A DNA stretch of 41,982 nucleotides from Alphaproteobacteria bacterium. GTDB lineage: Bacteria; Pseudomonadota; Alphaproteobacteria; CAAHEQ01; UBA3637. The position numbers and the translations under genes were made by a program. The DNA lies in contig CAAHEQ010000025.1 in assembly GCA_900772625.1 (NCBI GenBank), positions 1 to 41,982 of the forward strand, read 5' to 3'. Under the pieces are notes generated by a model. It saw only the letters and a program-made list of their open reading frames with translations. It was not told the origin of the DNA and did no database searches. Below, piece after piece: positions 10,864-21,872 of this stretch; positions within the stretch are counted from its first letter, which is position 1, and every line of letters begins with the position of its first letter.

Positions 10864-11948
10864 ACTTTCTGTCCGTGGGCGGCGGATTTTAATTGGCCAC
10901 AGGCCGCCATAATATCTTGCCCACGCGCGGTGCGAATCGGGGCTGCAAAATAAGCGTCCTCCAAAACTTTCGCAAAACGGTGCACTTGATTGTTCGAGGA
11001 AGGCTCGAATACGCTGCCTTTCCACGGATTAAATGGAATCAGGTTAAACTTAACCTCCAACCCCTTGACCAGCTCGATTAGTTCTTTGGCGTTTTCAATC
11101 GAGTCGTTGACGTCTTTAAGCATAATATATTCCATTGTGATATATTGCCTGTGTTCCAAACGGGCTTGGTATTCTTTGCACGCTTTGATTAACACTTCCA
11201 GCGGATACTTTTTGTTAATCGGCATAATTTGGTTGCGAATCTGATTATTCGGCGCGTGCAAGCTGATTGCCAAACGGCAACCTAAATCAGTCGCAAGCAA
11301 CGGGATTTTGTCGGCGATACCACTGGTCGAGACGGTAATGCGGCGCTTGGACAAAGCAATGCCTTCGCCGTCCATCAAGATGCGCATCGCGGGGACGAGG
11401 TTATCATAATTCATCAACGGTTCGCCCATGCCCATCACGACAACATTGGAGAGCATGCGCGTTTCATTGGTTGGAGAGGGCCATTCGCCATAGCTGTCTC
11501 GAGCCGCCATAAATTGACCGACTATTTCGCCCGCCGTTAAGTTGCGTTGCATCAGCTGAGTGCCTGTGTGGCAAAACTTGCAGCCCATCAAGCAGCCGAC
11601 CTGAGTCGATAAGCATACAGCGCCACGATCTTCTTCGGGAATATAGACTGTTTCGATTTCTTTGCCGTCTTCAAAACGGAACAGCCACTTGCGTGTGCCG
11701 TCTGTCGAGCGTTGCTCGGTGACGACTTCGGGACGCGAGACGTAAAACATTTCAGCTAATCGAGCTTGCAAAGGCTTGGATAGGGACGACATTTTGCTAA
11801 AGTCCCGTTCACCTTTGTTATAAATCCATTGCCATAACTGTTTTGTGCGGAAAGGCTTTTCGCCAATCGACACCATTAAGTCACACAATTGTTGCCGTGA
11901 AAGGCCGACTAGGTCTTGCATTTTTTTGGGATTTACTTTCTGCCACAC
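10860..11948 (-). CDS. rlmN: 23S rRNA/tRNA adenine-C2 methyltransferase RlmN (radical SAM)
   Basis: Radical-SAM CxxxCxxC cluster motif in GCLMGCKFCHTG, plus MGMGEPL and a C-terminal AACGQL. Confidence 0.9.
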   Translation of the reverse strand: MWQKVNPKKMQDLVGLSRQQLCDLMVSIGEKPFRTKQLWQWIYNKGERDFSKMSSLSKPLQARLAEMFYVSRPEVVTEQRSTDGTRKWLFRFEDGKEIETVYIPEEDRGAVCLSTQVGCLMGCKFCHTGTQLMQRNLTAGEIVGQFMAARDSYGEWPSPTNETRMLSNVVVMGMGEPLMNYDNLVPAMRILMDGEGIALSKRRITVSTSGIADKIPLLATDLGCRLAISLHAPNNQIRNQIMPINKKYPLEVLIKACKEYQARLEHRQYITMEYIMLKDVNDSIENAKELIELVKGLEVKFNLIPFNPWKGSVFEPSSNNQVHRFAKVLEDAYFAAPIRTARGQDIMAACGQLKSAAHGQKV

Positions 11949-12445
11949 GCGCGATCAATTGCGTTTGCAGCCTTTGTAAAGCCATTCAGCGAGAATGTAT
12001 CCGTTGTCGTATTGCCAAGCGATGACTTGCCCACGATGACGGCTTTGTTGCCGTTTCGCATCATCTTGACAAGTTTTGCATCAGCAGCCGAGCTCTTTGC
12101 CCATGCCGAGTCTTCGTGTGTGAAAAGTTCAACGGACTTTTTATCATCGATAGTAATTGTGGCAGTCGAGTCTTTTTTATAATTATAACCCGCTGTCAAG
12201 TTGACTACGTTGAAAGACTTTGCTTTTGGGCGGTGCGCAATGATTAAAAAGACATCGCCGCGGCGTTTATATTTACCGCTGGACTTTTGAGGCACGGAGG
12301 CCATATAGCACAAATTAGCGCCGTTTTCTTTCATTCTGTAGGCTGTCCAATCGCCGAAAGTACCGAGCAATTCTCTGCGTTCAGCGGCGTGTGCAACACT
12401 ACAAGTCAACATTAAAAATAAAGCGAATAAAGTCCATTTTTTCAT
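11933..12445 (-). CDS. secreted protein, IalB (invasion-associated locus B) family-like
   Basis: Signal peptide MKKWTLFALFLMLTCSVAHA. FGDWTAY...C pattern and a size typical of IalB-family proteins. Confidence 0.5.
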   Translation of the reverse strand: MKKWTLFALFLMLTCSVAHAAERRELLGTFGDWTAYRMKENGANLCYMASVPQKSSGKYKRRGDVFLIIAHRPKAKSFNVVNLTAGYNYKKDSTATITIDDKKSVELFTHEDSAWAKSSAADAKLVKMMRNGNKAVIVGKSSLGNTTTDTFSLNGFTKAANAIDRACGRK

Positions 12446-12488
12446 AATAAGAGTCTCCTTCTGTTCTTTTTGTACACCGAAATGATTT

Positions 12489-13748
12489 TTATTGCAACTT
12501 TTTTTTCAATAGGGTTGCAAAAAATCCGTCCATTCCTTGATATGGGAATGTACGAATGTCGCCCTCGGGCGTGAGGAAAGGCTTAAAACGAGCATTTGTA
12601 ATTGGGACTCGCGTGTATACGTCCGCAAAGCTGGCAATGACTTTTTCGCCCTCATCAGGTTGCAGCGAGCACGTGCAATACACAATCAGCCCGTCATTTT
12701 TCAGCAAGCGATGCGCTGTTTTCAAAAGCTTTTTTTGTACAATACTTAATTTCGCCACATCTTCAGGTGTGCGATGAAAATATAAATCGGGGTGGCGCAT
12801 AATCGTGCCTGTGGCGGAGCACGGTGCATCAATTAAAATCGCGTCATAAATTTCTTGACCTTTGATACGGTTGGCGTCCAGCGCGATTAAGTTGGTGGTA
12901 TAGCCTAGGCGGTTTAAGTTTTCCTTGATGCGCTCGAGGCGTTTTTCGGAAATATCAAACGCATCGACATCGGCGCCTTGAGCCAATAATGCCGCTGTTT
13001 TGCCACCAGGAGCCGCACAAAAGTCCGCAACTTTTTTGCCCTTTAAATCGCCAAATAATTGCACAGGAATGGACGCCGCTTGATCTTGCACCCACCAATC
13101 GCCCGCCATAAAGCCTTCCATATGCGGCACGTAAACGCCGCTTGGCAATTCAATCGATCCCGTCTGCGTCACTTTACCATTTAATTTTTGAGCCCAAAAG
13201 TCGGGGTCTTTTTTGACCGAGACGAATGTAGCAGGCTCGTTTAAAAAAGCCGCCGCGATGCGTTTAGCCTCGTCCACGCCATAGGCTTTTTGCCAGCTTT
13301 TGTAAAGCCAGTCAGGTACGTTCAGCGTGGGATCAGAGAACTTTTCAAGCAGTTCGTTTTTATGGCGGCACAGGTTGCGCAAAACGCCGTTAATTAGCTT
13401 TGTGTAAAAATCGCTGTCTTTCGCTTTTGCCATATCCACGGCGGTTGAAACAGCCGCGTGTGGCGCCGTTTGCATAAACAAAATCTGGCACGCGCCCAAG
13501 ATTAAAATGCTTTGGACGAATTTGGCTTTGTTCGGAAGCGGACGTGCCATCAAGCTTGCTAAAATGGCTTCAATCTGTCCACATCGGCGCATTGCAGTTG
13601 TGGCCAGCATTCGCACAAACGATTTATCGCGTAAATCCAGCGTTGACGCCAAACGTTCAAATGTATCGTCCAGATTTTGTTTTTTATAACGGACTTGATA
13701 AAAAATTTCTAACGTTGTAAGCCGTGCTGTTAATATATCGGTCATCAT
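12489..13748 (-). CDS. rsmB: 16S rRNA m5C methyltransferase RsmB/Sun
   Basis: NusB-like N-domain, SAM motif DFCAAPGGKT, DAPCSATG and the catalytic TCS. Confidence 0.85.
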   Translation of the reverse strand: MMTDILTARLTTLEIFYQVRYKKQNLDDTFERLASTLDLRDKSFVRMLATTAMRRCGQIEAILASLMARPLPNKAKFVQSILILGACQILFMQTAPHAAVSTAVDMAKAKDSDFYTKLINGVLRNLCRHKNELLEKFSDPTLNVPDWLYKSWQKAYGVDEAKRIAAAFLNEPATFVSVKKDPDFWAQKLNGKVTQTGSIELPSGVYVPHMEGFMAGDWWVQDQAASIPVQLFGDLKGKKVADFCAAPGGKTAALLAQGADVDAFDISEKRLERIKENLNRLGYTTNLIALDANRIKGQEIYDAILIDAPCSATGTIMRHPDLYFHRTPEDVAKLSIVQKKLLKTAHRLLKNDGLIVYCTCSLQPDEGEKVIASFADVYTRVPITNARFKPFLTPEGDIRTFPYQGMDGFFATLLKKKLQ

Positions 13749-13779
13749 ATCGCCTTGCTTTTTGTTTTTTTCGTGTGCG

Positions 13780-15483
13780 CTATCTTAAAAACGCGGGAAT
13801 GTTCAGCTCTTCTTCTTTAGGCAGCTCGGGCACAGTGCGTTCCGTATTTGGGCGCTGTTCAGCTTGCGCCTGCAAACGTTTTTTGCTTTTTTCAATCATA
13901 TTTTTGTCTGAGAAAATAGACGGAAACAAAACGTCCGAAAAAAGCCCTTTGCGCTTTTTGTTTACGCCCTCTTGCGTGCTTTCTTGCGCCGATCCTTTGG
14001 TGCTTTCTGCCGAGCCTATGCCAGCTTGAGTCCCCCCCACTGCGCCCATAGAGGAAAAGCCAGCAGCATCCGCTTGTGCGAGCGTCTGGGAGGCCTCGAC
14101 ATTCAATGATTTGAGCAAAGGCGGAAATAAGTCCGTTTCATCTTGTTCTTGATGCATTTGCTCTTCTAATGCGGGGCTAGCTTCCGCAGCAGGCTCTGCA
14201 ATAAAAGTATCTTCTGGCACTTTTGGCTGAACGTTTTCGGCAATCTCGACCGTTTGGGTGGAAACGACAATATCAGGCGAGTTCGGTGCAGGAACAAACA
14301 AGACAGATTGTTCTTTTTTCTCGGGCTCTTGTTCTTGCACAGCTTCTTGCAATTGCTCGTGGCCTTGCGGCGTAATGACGATAGGTTCAGGAATGTTGCT
14401 CAGTACATGCGCTGTTTCGGGGGCTTTGTTGTCTTTGATTTCATTCAATCCAGTCGCAACGACCGAAATGCGCAATTTGTCGCCTAGCGTATCATCATTG
14501 CAAACACCAAAGATAATGTTGGCGTCTTCATCCACTTCTTGGCGAATACGATCCAGTGCGTCAGCTGTTTCCGTCAACAACACGTTTTTGCCAAAAAAGC
14601 CAATTAACACGCCTTTTGCGCCTTTCATCGATACATCAAGCAGCGGGTTGACAATGACTTTTTCAACCGCTTCCACGGCGCGATTTTCGCCCTCGGCCTC
14701 ACCTGAGCCCATAATTGCTTTGCCCATACCCTCTGTCACAGCTCTGACGTCCGCAAAGTCAACGTGCACTTCCATTGTGTCAATCATTAAATCGGTAATG
14801 CTGCGCACGCCTTGATACAAAATGTCGTCAGCCATTTGGAAAGCTTGTTGCAATGTAGTTTGAGGGCTTGCAACCAAGAACAGATTTTGATTTGGAATGA
14901 TAATCAGCGTATCTACATATTTGGATAATTCTTCAATGCCCGCTTCGGCAATGCGCATTCTTTTTTTGTTTTCAACAAGGAAGGGCTTTGTCACAACGCC
15001 GATTGTCAAAATGCCCATTTCTTTGGCAAGCTTGGCAATCACAGGAGACGCACCTGTTCCCGTGCCGCCACCCATACCCGCCGCGATAAAAAGCAAGTTG
15101 ACGCCCTGCAAGGCTTCCTTGATTTTATCCAAACTTTCTTCAGCCGCTTTTCGACCGATGTCAGGATTAGAGCCCGCGCCTAAACCTTGCGTTAATGATG
15201 CACCCAACTGGATGCGCTCGTGCGTTAAGGACCGCGACATTACTTGCGCGTCCGTATTCGCGACAACAAAACGCGTGCCCGTCAGATGAGAGCGAATCAT
15301 ATTGTTAATTGCATTACCGCCCGCGCCACCAACACCGATAACGCAAATATTGGGGCGCATTAACACTTCTGGCGCCGCAGTCGGCAGAGCAATACTCAAA
15401 TCCGAGTCAGGCTCTTTGTTTTCGTTTTCTGGCACGGTAATTAGAAATTCTGTATTATCCATCTGAACGTCCTTTTTATCCAA
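13780..15483 (-). CDS. ftsZ: cell division GTPase FtsZ (long linker)
   Basis: [13 protein letters not shown], the tubulin signature [13 protein letters not shown] and a C-terminal conserved peptide, LNIPAFLR. The start may be the Met at 15462. Confidence 0.95.
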   Translation of the reverse strand: MDKKDVQMDNTEFLITVPENENKEPDSDLSIALPTAAPEVLMRPNICVIGVGGAGGNAINNMIRSHLTGTRFVVANTDAQVMSRSLTHERIQLGASLTQGLGAGSNPDIGRKAAEESLDKIKEALQGVNLLFIAAGMGGGTGTGASPVIAKLAKEMGILTIGVVTKPFLVENKKRMRIAEAGIEELSKYVDTLIIIPNQNLFLVASPQTTLQQAFQMADDILYQGVRSITDLMIDTMEVHVDFADVRAVTEGMGKAIMGSGEAEGENRAVEAVEKVIVNPLLDVSMKGAKGVLIGFFGKNVLLTETADALDRIRQEVDEDANIIFGVCNDDTLGDKLRISVVATGLNEIKDNKAPETAHVLSNIPEPIVITPQGHEQLQEAVQEQEPEKKEQSVLFVPAPNSPDIVVSTQTVEIAENVQPKVPEDTFIAEPAAEASPALEEQMHQEQDETDLFPPLLKSLNVEASQTLAQADAAGFSSMGAVGGTQAGIGSAESTKGSAQESTQEGVNKKRKGLFSDVLFPSIFSDKNMIEKSKKRLQAQAEQRPNTERTVPELPKEEELNIPAFLR

Positions 15484-16691
15484 TTAGGTTTGTTGTCAAT
15501 CTGTTTTTTTATTTTCTTATCTTCTTTTTGTATACGATGATTAAGCGCATAAAGCAAGAGCCCAATACTCGTGCTCATCGTTGTCAGTGGTAAAATATCT
15601 GGCAACCCTTTGATATACAAAGGTTTTCCACACCGAACTTGCGCTTCAAAAAATGAGGAAGCTTTTTCTTGCAGGCCTGCTGTTTGGCTGACGCCACCGC
15701 AAAAAACGATTCGCCGAGTCGCAAGGTCTTCTTTTTCCTGACTCATCAAATGCATCCGCAAAAAGTCCAATATCTGCTCGATTCTGGCCACCATAATCGA
15801 GATTAACATTTTGCGCGAAACGTTGGTGGTCACGCCTTCTTTTTCCTCGCCAATCAGCGGCAATGTAATTGAGGCTTTTTCATCGCTTGGCGACAAAAAC
15901 GCACAGCCGTTTAAGGTTTTTGTCCGCTCGGCATCTTTTAATGGCGTTTTTAAAATATAGGAGATATCTTTCGTAATTAAGTTGCCACCCAGCGGGAGCA
16001 CCGCCGCATAGCGGATAAAGCCGTTTGAGAAAATGGCCATAGACGCAATGCCGCTGCCGATGTCGATAAGGGTTGTGCCGTTATCTTTTTCGGATTGGCT
16101 CAGCACCGCCAGCGCGGACGCGTAAGGGGTTGCGACTTTCGAGCTGATCCATACATGGCAACGCTCAAGCGCCATCACAAGGTTGCGGATTTGGGAAAGA
16201 GGCGCTAAAATTAAATGCAACGTCACGCCCAACTTTTCGGCGCTCAAGCCTGTTGGCTCGTCTTGAACATCATTCACGCCGTCCAATCGATACTCGATCG
16301 GGATTTGGTGAATAATCTCTTTTTCTTTTAAATCGACTTTTGCTAGCGCTGCATCAATAACTTTGCGCACGTCAGAAGGGATAATCACGCGCGTATCGGG
16401 AATGGATATTTCGGCCGAAATATAAACCGACTCCAGCTGAGGAGACGATACGTTCACAATCACATCTTCAACCTTGCGGCCTGCTTTGGCTTCGGCTTCG
16501 AATATCGCATCTTGAATAGAGCCTGCCGCCTGATTGATGTTGATAATCAAACCGTTTTTAATGCCTTGCGCCTGAGCACAACCTGCACCGACTATGCGCA
16601 GGGAATCTTCATTTTGCTTGGCTATCAGGCAGCAGATTTTTCCCGATCCAATGTCAAGCGCTGTGATATAACCGTTTTTCCTGCGCGCCAT
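15441..16691 (-). CDS. ftsA: cell division protein FtsA
   Basis: Actin-like ATPase motifs ([21 protein letters not shown]) and dcw position. Confidence 0.9.
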   Translation of the reverse strand: MARRKNGYITALDIGSGKICCLIAKQNEDSLRIVGAGCAQAQGIKNGLIININQAAGSIQDAIFEAEAKAGRKVEDVIVNVSSPQLESVYISAEISIPDTRVIIPSDVRKVIDAALAKVDLKEKEIIHQIPIEYRLDGVNDVQDEPTGLSAEKLGVTLHLILAPLSQIRNLVMALERCHVWISSKVATPYASALAVLSQSEKDNGTTLIDIGSGIASMAIFSNGFIRYAAVLPLGGNLITKDISYILKTPLKDAERTKTLNGCAFLSPSDEKASITLPLIGEEKEGVTTNVSRKMLISIMVARIEQILDFLRMHLMSQEKEDLATRRIVFCGGVSQTAGLQEKASSFFEAQVRCGKPLYIKGLPDILPLTTMSTSIGLLLYALNHRIQKEDKKIKKQIDNKPNWIKRTFRWIIQNF

Positions 16692-17527
16692 TACTTTTTC
16701 TCCTTTTTCGGCAGAATAACAGACTCTTTTGTATCCAGCTCGACAATTGTTCTGTCCGCCAAACGCAAGTCCAGTATTTTGATTTGCTTATTAAAGATGT
16801 GCTCTTTTTGATCAAGTGCGTTTAAGCGCTTTAAAGAGGCGTCTAAATTGCCCTCAGGCAACTTGACAATCATTTCGTGGTTGTTGTCGGTAATGTACAA
16901 GTTCCAACGTCTGGAGCCAATCCAAACCGCGCCTTGCACACGTTCATAAAGCTCTGGATACTTCATCAGGGCTTTGATTAAATAAGGCGCGCTTTTGGGA
17001 GCTGTGCCGCCAACAACGACAATCAAATAAGCGCTGACGTTATCATAGGGCGCATAAACGACATTGCCGTCCTCGTCTAATGGATAGTGCTTGTTTTTGT
17101 GTTGCCACAGCGCAATAGGGGTGCGCTCTTGAATATCGACAATCAGCAAGGAGGGCAGCTGGCGATAAATGGAAGCGCTTTTAATCCACGGCAAGCGCTC
17201 TAGATTTTGTTGCATTTGCTTTAAGTCAAGCGAGGTAATCAGCTTGCCAGTCGGTGCTCCGAGCGCTTTGTTAATCTCGTCCATAGACGTGCGTACGCGC
17301 CCGTTTATCAGCACGTCATCAACTTCAAAGCCGACATCTTTCATCAGGCTTGCTGCCGAATCGTTAAACGCATTCCACTTGTCAGAAAAATAATTCGTGT
17401 GAATGCCCCAACCGATTAACACAAACAAAATCAATAAACACAAAATCACAAGGCACATTACCGCTTTTTTCAAAAGCAGAAGCAGCCGTGATTTCAAAGT
17501 TGTTTGTTGTTTTGTTATTTGTCGCAT
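16691..17527 (-). CDS. ftsQ: cell division protein FtsQ
   Basis: Single N-terminal TM and a POTRA-like region; sits between ddl and ftsA. Confidence 0.8.
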   Translation of the reverse strand: MRQITKQQTTLKSRLLLLLKKAVMCLVILCLLILFVLIGWGIHTNYFSDKWNAFNDSAASLMKDVGFEVDDVLINGRVRTSMDEINKALGAPTGKLITSLDLKQMQQNLERLPWIKSASIYRQLPSLLIVDIQERTPIALWQHKNKHYPLDEDGNVVYAPYDNVSAYLIVVVGGTAPKSAPYLIKALMKYPELYERVQGAVWIGSRRWNLYITDNNHEMIVKLPEGNLDASLKRLNALDQKEHIFNKQIKILDLRLADRTIVELDTKESVILPKKEKK

Positions 17528-18462
17528 TGTGCTTCCTCTACCAGCAATGATACCAAATCTTCATAAGAAATGCCAGCATATTTTGCGCTTTCTGGCAACA
17601 AAGATAATTCCGTCATACCAGGTTGTGTGTTAATCTCCAGCGCAACGATTTTTGCCGCTTGTCCTGCGTCTGTGTCGTCATAACGAAAATCTGTTCTGGA
17701 AGCGCCGCGGCAGCCTAAGGCTTTGTGTGCTTTGAGTGCATAGTCCATCATCTTTTGCGCGTCTTCGGCAGGAATTGGCGCAGGAATAATATGGTCTGTA
17801 CAACCTGCTTGATACTTGTTTTGAAAGTCATAAAAGCCGTGTTTGGGTGCAATTTCGGTGACGCCCAACACGCGGTCATTTAAGACGCTAACAGTCGTTT
17901 CACGGCCTTTGATATAGCTTTCCATCATCACAACCGCGCCCGCATACGGCCAATTTTGAATTAAGGTCAACTCTTGATCTGCGTTTTCGATAATGTGCAC
18001 GCCAACAGACGAGCCTTCACGTATGGGTTTGATGACATAAGGGTAGGGCAATTTTTTGCCCGCTTTGACTTCGGCCAGCGTGACGAGCAATTCGGGCGCG
18101 ACAGGAATACCCACAGAGGCAAAGATTTTTTTTGCATAGGATTTGTCCATTCCCAGTGCCGAGGCTAAAACGCCCGAATGCGTGTAGGGGATTTTCATCA
18201 AGTTGAACAGTCCTTGCACACACCCATCTTCACCGTATTTGCCATGTAGCGCATTGAAAATCACATCAGGTTTGACGGCTTCAATGTCTTTGATGAATTG
18301 AGCAATGTTGTCCGTCAGCTTTATCAGCGAGGCATCATAGCCTTTTTTTATCAACGCCTTGAGCACGCCTTGCCCGCTTAAAAGCGAAATATCTTTTTCG
18401 CTGGATAGTCCATAAGCAACCACTGCAACCTTTTTCATTTTAATCCTCTTCACTTTCTTCAT
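17515..18462 (-). CDS. ddl: D-alanine--D-alanine ligase
   Basis: ATP-grasp Ddl pattern (HGKYGEDGCVQGL, EGSSVGV, LEINTQPGMT). An alternative start lies at 18438. Confidence 0.9.
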   Translation of the reverse strand: MKKVKRIKMKKVAVVAYGLSSEKDISLLSGQGVLKALIKKGYDASLIKLTDNIAQFIKDIEAVKPDVIFNALHGKYGEDGCVQGLFNLMKIPYTHSGVLASALGMDKSYAKKIFASVGIPVAPELLVTLAEVKAGKKLPYPYVIKPIREGSSVGVHIIENADQELTLIQNWPYAGAVVMMESYIKGRETTVSVLNDRVLGVTEIAPKHGFYDFQNKYQAGCTDHIIPAPIPAEDAQKMMDYALKAHKALGCRGASRTDFRYDDTDAGQAAKIVALEINTQPGMTELSLLPESAKYAGISYEDLVSLLVEEAQCDK

Positions 18463-19381
18463 TTTGTTTGTTGACGCCTACGCGCTTGATTTCCCATTCA
18501 AGCGTGATGCCGCTTTTTTCTTTGACGCGTTTGCGCACTTGCTCGCCCAACATTTCCACGTCATAAGCTGTGGCTTTGCCTTTGTTGATTAAGAAGTTGG
18601 CGTGCTTTTCGCTGATGCACGCATCTCCCCGTGTCAAGCCACGGCAACCAGCGCTGTCAATTAACTGCCACGCTTTAAGGCCCTCAGGATTTTTAAAAGT
18701 CGAACCGCAAGTTTTAATGCCAATCGGCTGGCCTTTTTCACGGCTGACCTTAAACTGCATCATTGTTTGCAAGATTTTTTCTTTTGACTCAGGCGTGCCT
18801 TTGAATGTCGCGCCGATAAAAATAAAATCATCGGGCAGTGCGTTTTTGCGATATTTGAAAAAATCAGCTTGAGGTGTAAACTCTTGCACTGCGCCGTTGC
18901 CGTCTATTGCGCGAATCGATTGAATAATGTTTTTGATTTCCGAGCCATAAGCCCCCGCATTCATTCGAAGTGCGCCTCCAACTGTACCTGGAATACCGCT
19001 TAAAAACTCGAACCCCGACAAGCCCACCTTTTGCGCGAATCGTGCCAAGTCGATTGTCAGCAAGCCCGCGCCACACTTGATTAAATCACCGTCTTGCTCA
19101 ATGGTTGCAAAAGGCTTGCCTAAGTGGATTGTAATCCCTGGCACGCCGCCGTCACGAACAATAATGTTTGAACCGCCGCCAAGCACCAAAGTCGGGATTT
19201 GCGGTTTGTTTTTAATAAAGTTGCTTAAATCTTTTTCATTGGCAGGCTCAAAGTAAAACTCGGCTGCTCCACCAACTCCCATCCACGTTTTTTTGGCCAA
19301 AGGCACGTTTGTTTTAATCTCGCCGATTGTTGCGGGAAACAAATAACGTTTGCGTTTGGTGAATAATTTTTTGAGTATCAT
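18440..19381 (-). CDS. murB: UDP-N-acetylenolpyruvoylglucosamine reductase
   Basis: FAD-binding GGGSNIIV, GIPGTVGGALRMNAGAYG and GSTFKNP. Confidence 0.9.
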   Translation of the reverse strand: MILKKLFTKRKRYLFPATIGEIKTNVPLAKKTWMGVGGAAEFYFEPANEKDLSNFIKNKPQIPTLVLGGGSNIIVRDGGVPGITIHLGKPFATIEQDGDLIKCGAGLLTIDLARFAQKVGLSGFEFLSGIPGTVGGALRMNAGAYGSEIKNIIQSIRAIDGNGAVQEFTPQADFFKYRKNALPDDFIFIGATFKGTPESKEKILQTMMQFKVSREKGQPIGIKTCGSTFKNPEGLKAWQLIDSAGCRGLTRGDACISEKHANFLINKGKATAYDVEMLGEQVRKRVKEKSGITLEWEIKRVGVNKQNEESEED

Positions 19382-19386
19382 TTAAC

Positions 19387-20772
19387 TCACTCCTTTTCAT
19401 CTTCCAACATTTGCGGCATTAGGGCAATCCATTTTGAAATGCTGCCTGCACCTAAGCCTATCACAAAATCATCGGGCTTTAAAGTCTTCTTAAGCTCAGC
19501 ACATAAAGCATATTGATCACTGACGCCAAAGACATTTGCTTTGCCATGCATTTTAGCAATGAGGGCTTCCTTATTGACGCCCGCGATCGGTTGTTGGCCT
19601 GCGCTGTACACATCGCAAATAAACAAGACGTCCGCCTCATCAAAAGCTTTTGCAAACGCGTCCATTAACTCTTGCAATCGGGTGTAGCGGTGCGGTTGAA
19701 ATACGGCGACAATTCGGCGATCGCCCACAGCTTCACGCGCGGCTTTAAGCGTTGCTTTGATTTCTTCGGGGTGATGCGCATAATCATCATAAAAGGGTAT
19801 GCCTTGCCAAGTGCCCCGCTTTGTAAAACGCCGTTGGACACCTTGAAAGTTGGCAAAGCTGGCGCGGATATTGTCAATGCTCATCCCTAGCTCGCTGACC
19901 ACAGCAAAGGCCGCCAGCGCATTTAAAATGTTGTGGCGTCCAAACATCGGCAATTTAAAGTCTGGATAAGTTGTGCCATTTTTGATGATGTCGAATTCAA
20001 GCAAGCCCGTAGAAATACGAATGTTGACAGCACGCACCGCCGCATCTGGGGAAAGGCCATAGCTGATCATACGGCGTCTTGAAACTTTTTGTGCGATTTG
20101 CTTGACAACAGGGTGATCGGTACACACCACGCAAAAACCGTAAAATGATGTCGTTTGTAAAAAATGCAAAAATGCCAGATTCATTTGCTCGACTGTGCCG
20201 TAATAGTCCAAGTGCTCTGGATCCATGCTGGTGACTACCGCGACTGTTTTGTTCAGGCGTAAAAAGCTGCCATCCGACTCGTCTGCTTCAACCACAATCC
20301 AATCGCTGTGCCCGAGTACCGAGTTGCTGTCATAGTTATTCATAATGCCGCCGACAATCGCCGAAGGGTCAAATCCGCCGTCTATCATCAAATGTGTAAT
20401 CATCGCCGAAGTCGTTGTTTTGCCGTGCGTGCCCGCAATAGCAACGCCTTGTTTATAGCGCATCAATTGCGAAAGCATTTCAGACCTGTGCCCCACAGGA
20501 ATGCCTTTTTTCAAAGCCGCAACTAATTCAGGGCAATCGTTGGGGGTTGCGGAGGAAATAATCGCGACATCAACATTATCAATAACGTGCGGGTCTTTTT
20601 GTCCGATAAATACTTTGATGCCTTGTTGTTGAAGGCGGCGCGTGTTCGCGCTTTCGACAATGTCCGAGCCTTGCACCTTAATGCCCATCTCGTGTAAGTT
20701 TTCCGCAATCGCGCTCATTCCGATACCACCAATACCGATGAAGTGAATAAGCTTGTCTTTAAAGTAAATCAT
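19387..20772 (-). CDS. murC: UDP-N-acetylmuramate--L-alanine ligase
   Basis: HFIGIGGIGMSAIAE and the P-loop GTHGKTTTSAMI. Confidence 0.95.
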   Translation of the reverse strand: MIYFKDKLIHFIGIGGIGMSAIAENLHEMGIKVQGSDIVESANTRRLQQQGIKVFIGQKDPHVIDNVDVAIISSATPNDCPELVAALKKGIPVGHRSEMLSQLMRYKQGVAIAGTHGKTTTSAMITHLMIDGGFDPSAIVGGIMNNYDSNSVLGHSDWIVVEADESDGSFLRLNKTVAVVTSMDPEHLDYYGTVEQMNLAFLHFLQTTSFYGFCVVCTDHPVVKQIAQKVSRRRMISYGLSPDAAVRAVNIRISTGLLEFDIIKNGTTYPDFKLPMFGRHNILNALAAFAVVSELGMSIDNIRASFANFQGVQRRFTKRGTWQGIPFYDDYAHHPEEIKATLKAAREAVGDRRIVAVFQPHRYTRLQELMDAFAKAFDEADVLFICDVYSAGQQPIAGVNKEALIAKMHGKANVFGVSDQYALCAELKKTLKPDDFVIGLGAGSISKWIALMPQMLEDEKE

Positions 20773-21872
20773 TTTTTGTCTTTCATCATTTTAATAATTG
20801 CTTGACCCATCGCCTCATCGGCTGAAATGCTGGGTTGCGCTTGCTCTAAACACTGTGCAGCACGGCGCAAAATCTCTGGTGTCTCAATCAATTCTGTCAA
20901 GCGCTCTGCTATCGCTTCGGGCGTTGTTTGCTTTTCGATAATCAGCCAGCCGCCGCCAGAAGTGCACCAAACTTTCGCATTCGCGGTTTGGTGATCGTCC
21001 GCCGCAGTCGGCAATGGCAATAATAACGCAGGGCGTGCCAGCGCGGAAAATTCGGCCAAACTGGACGAGCCCGCCCGCGAAATGACAAGGTGAGCATTCG
21101 CAAGCAGTTCTGGAATGTTATCGAAAAACGGCGCGAGTGTTAGGGATTTAATGCCCGAGTTGCGATACTCTTCTTTGACTTTTTCCATATCCTCAGCACG
21201 CACTTGCTCGGTGACGCAAAGTTTACCTTTAATTTCGGGCGAGAGCATTACAAGGGCTTTTGGTAAAAGCGCACTTAAAGCGCGTGCTCCTTGCGAGCCG
21301 CCCATAATCAGCAAGCGAAATTCTTGCGTGTCTGTTGAATAAGGAGTTCCTTTTTTTTGCAAAATAACGGGACGCACAGGCATACCCGTTTGCACCGTTT
21401 CAATGCCCTCGGGGATTCGCTCGGTTGGTGTGAACGATGTTGCAATCAAACGCGTACGGCGCGCCAGCAAACGATTAGCTTTGCCTAAGATTGCATTTTG
21501 TTCGTGCAAGACAACAGGAATATGTAAAAACTGTGCCGCTAAAGTGGCTGGAATGGACGCATAACCGCCAAAGCCAACCACCATTTTTGGGTTAAGCTTA
21601 ATCAAAAGGCGCAATGATTGAAGAGTTCCAATAACAAGCTTGATAGCGGCTTTTGCTTTGCCAAACACGCCCTTGCCAGTCACGGACGCGGCGCACACAT
21701 AATAAACAGGCAAGCTTGCCAAAGTGCCTTTTAGTTTGTCCTTGACGCGCTTGTCAGTGACAAAAACAAGGTTATAGTTTGCATGTGCTTTCAGATAAGA
21801 GGCAACAGACTCGGCAGGAAAAACGTGTCCGCCTGTGCCACCTGTTGTTAATACGATAGTATTTTTCTTCAT
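20769..21872 (-). CDS. murG: UDP-GlcNAc:lipid I GlcNAc transferase MurG
   Basis: GGTGGHVFPA N-terminal motif; GT28 architecture. Confidence 0.9.
   Translation of the reverse strand: MKKNTIVLTTGGTGGHVFPAESVASYLKAHANYNLVFVTDKRVKDKLKGTLASLPVYYVCAASVTGKGVFGKAKAAIKLVIGTLQSLRLLIKLNPKMVVGFGGYASIPATLAAQFLHIPVVLHEQNAILGKANRLLARRTRLIATSFTPTERIPEGIETVQTGMPVRPVILQKKGTPYSTDTQEFRLLIMGGSQGARALSALLPKALVMLSPEIKGKLCVTEQVRAEDMEKVKEEYRNSGIKSLTLAPFFDNIPELLANAHLVISRAGSSSLAEFSALARPALLLPLPTAADDHQTANAKVWCTSGGGWLIIEKQTTPEAIAERLTELIETPEILRRAAQCLEQAQPSISADEAMGQAIIKMMKDKK

Noticed and set aside
10498-11025. 175-aa minus-strand track ORF spanning the rlmN 3' end and the spacer
   Set aside because: Its first ~55 codons overlap rlmN in another frame and it has no internal Met or SD. 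Its sequence is shaped by the tandem DNA repeats (IYWRKAK/LYWRKST). I treat it as non-coding or a remnant.
14258-14815. 185-aa plus-strand ORF inside ftsZ. Similar long antisense ORFs lie at 25114-25776 in murE/F, 28602-29198 across ftsL/rsmH, 27662-28057 in ftsI and 33393-33692 in the repeat protein.
   Set aside because: These are shadow ORFs antisense to genes with unambiguous family motifs. They have Ser/Ala/Cys-rich low-complexity translations and no SD.
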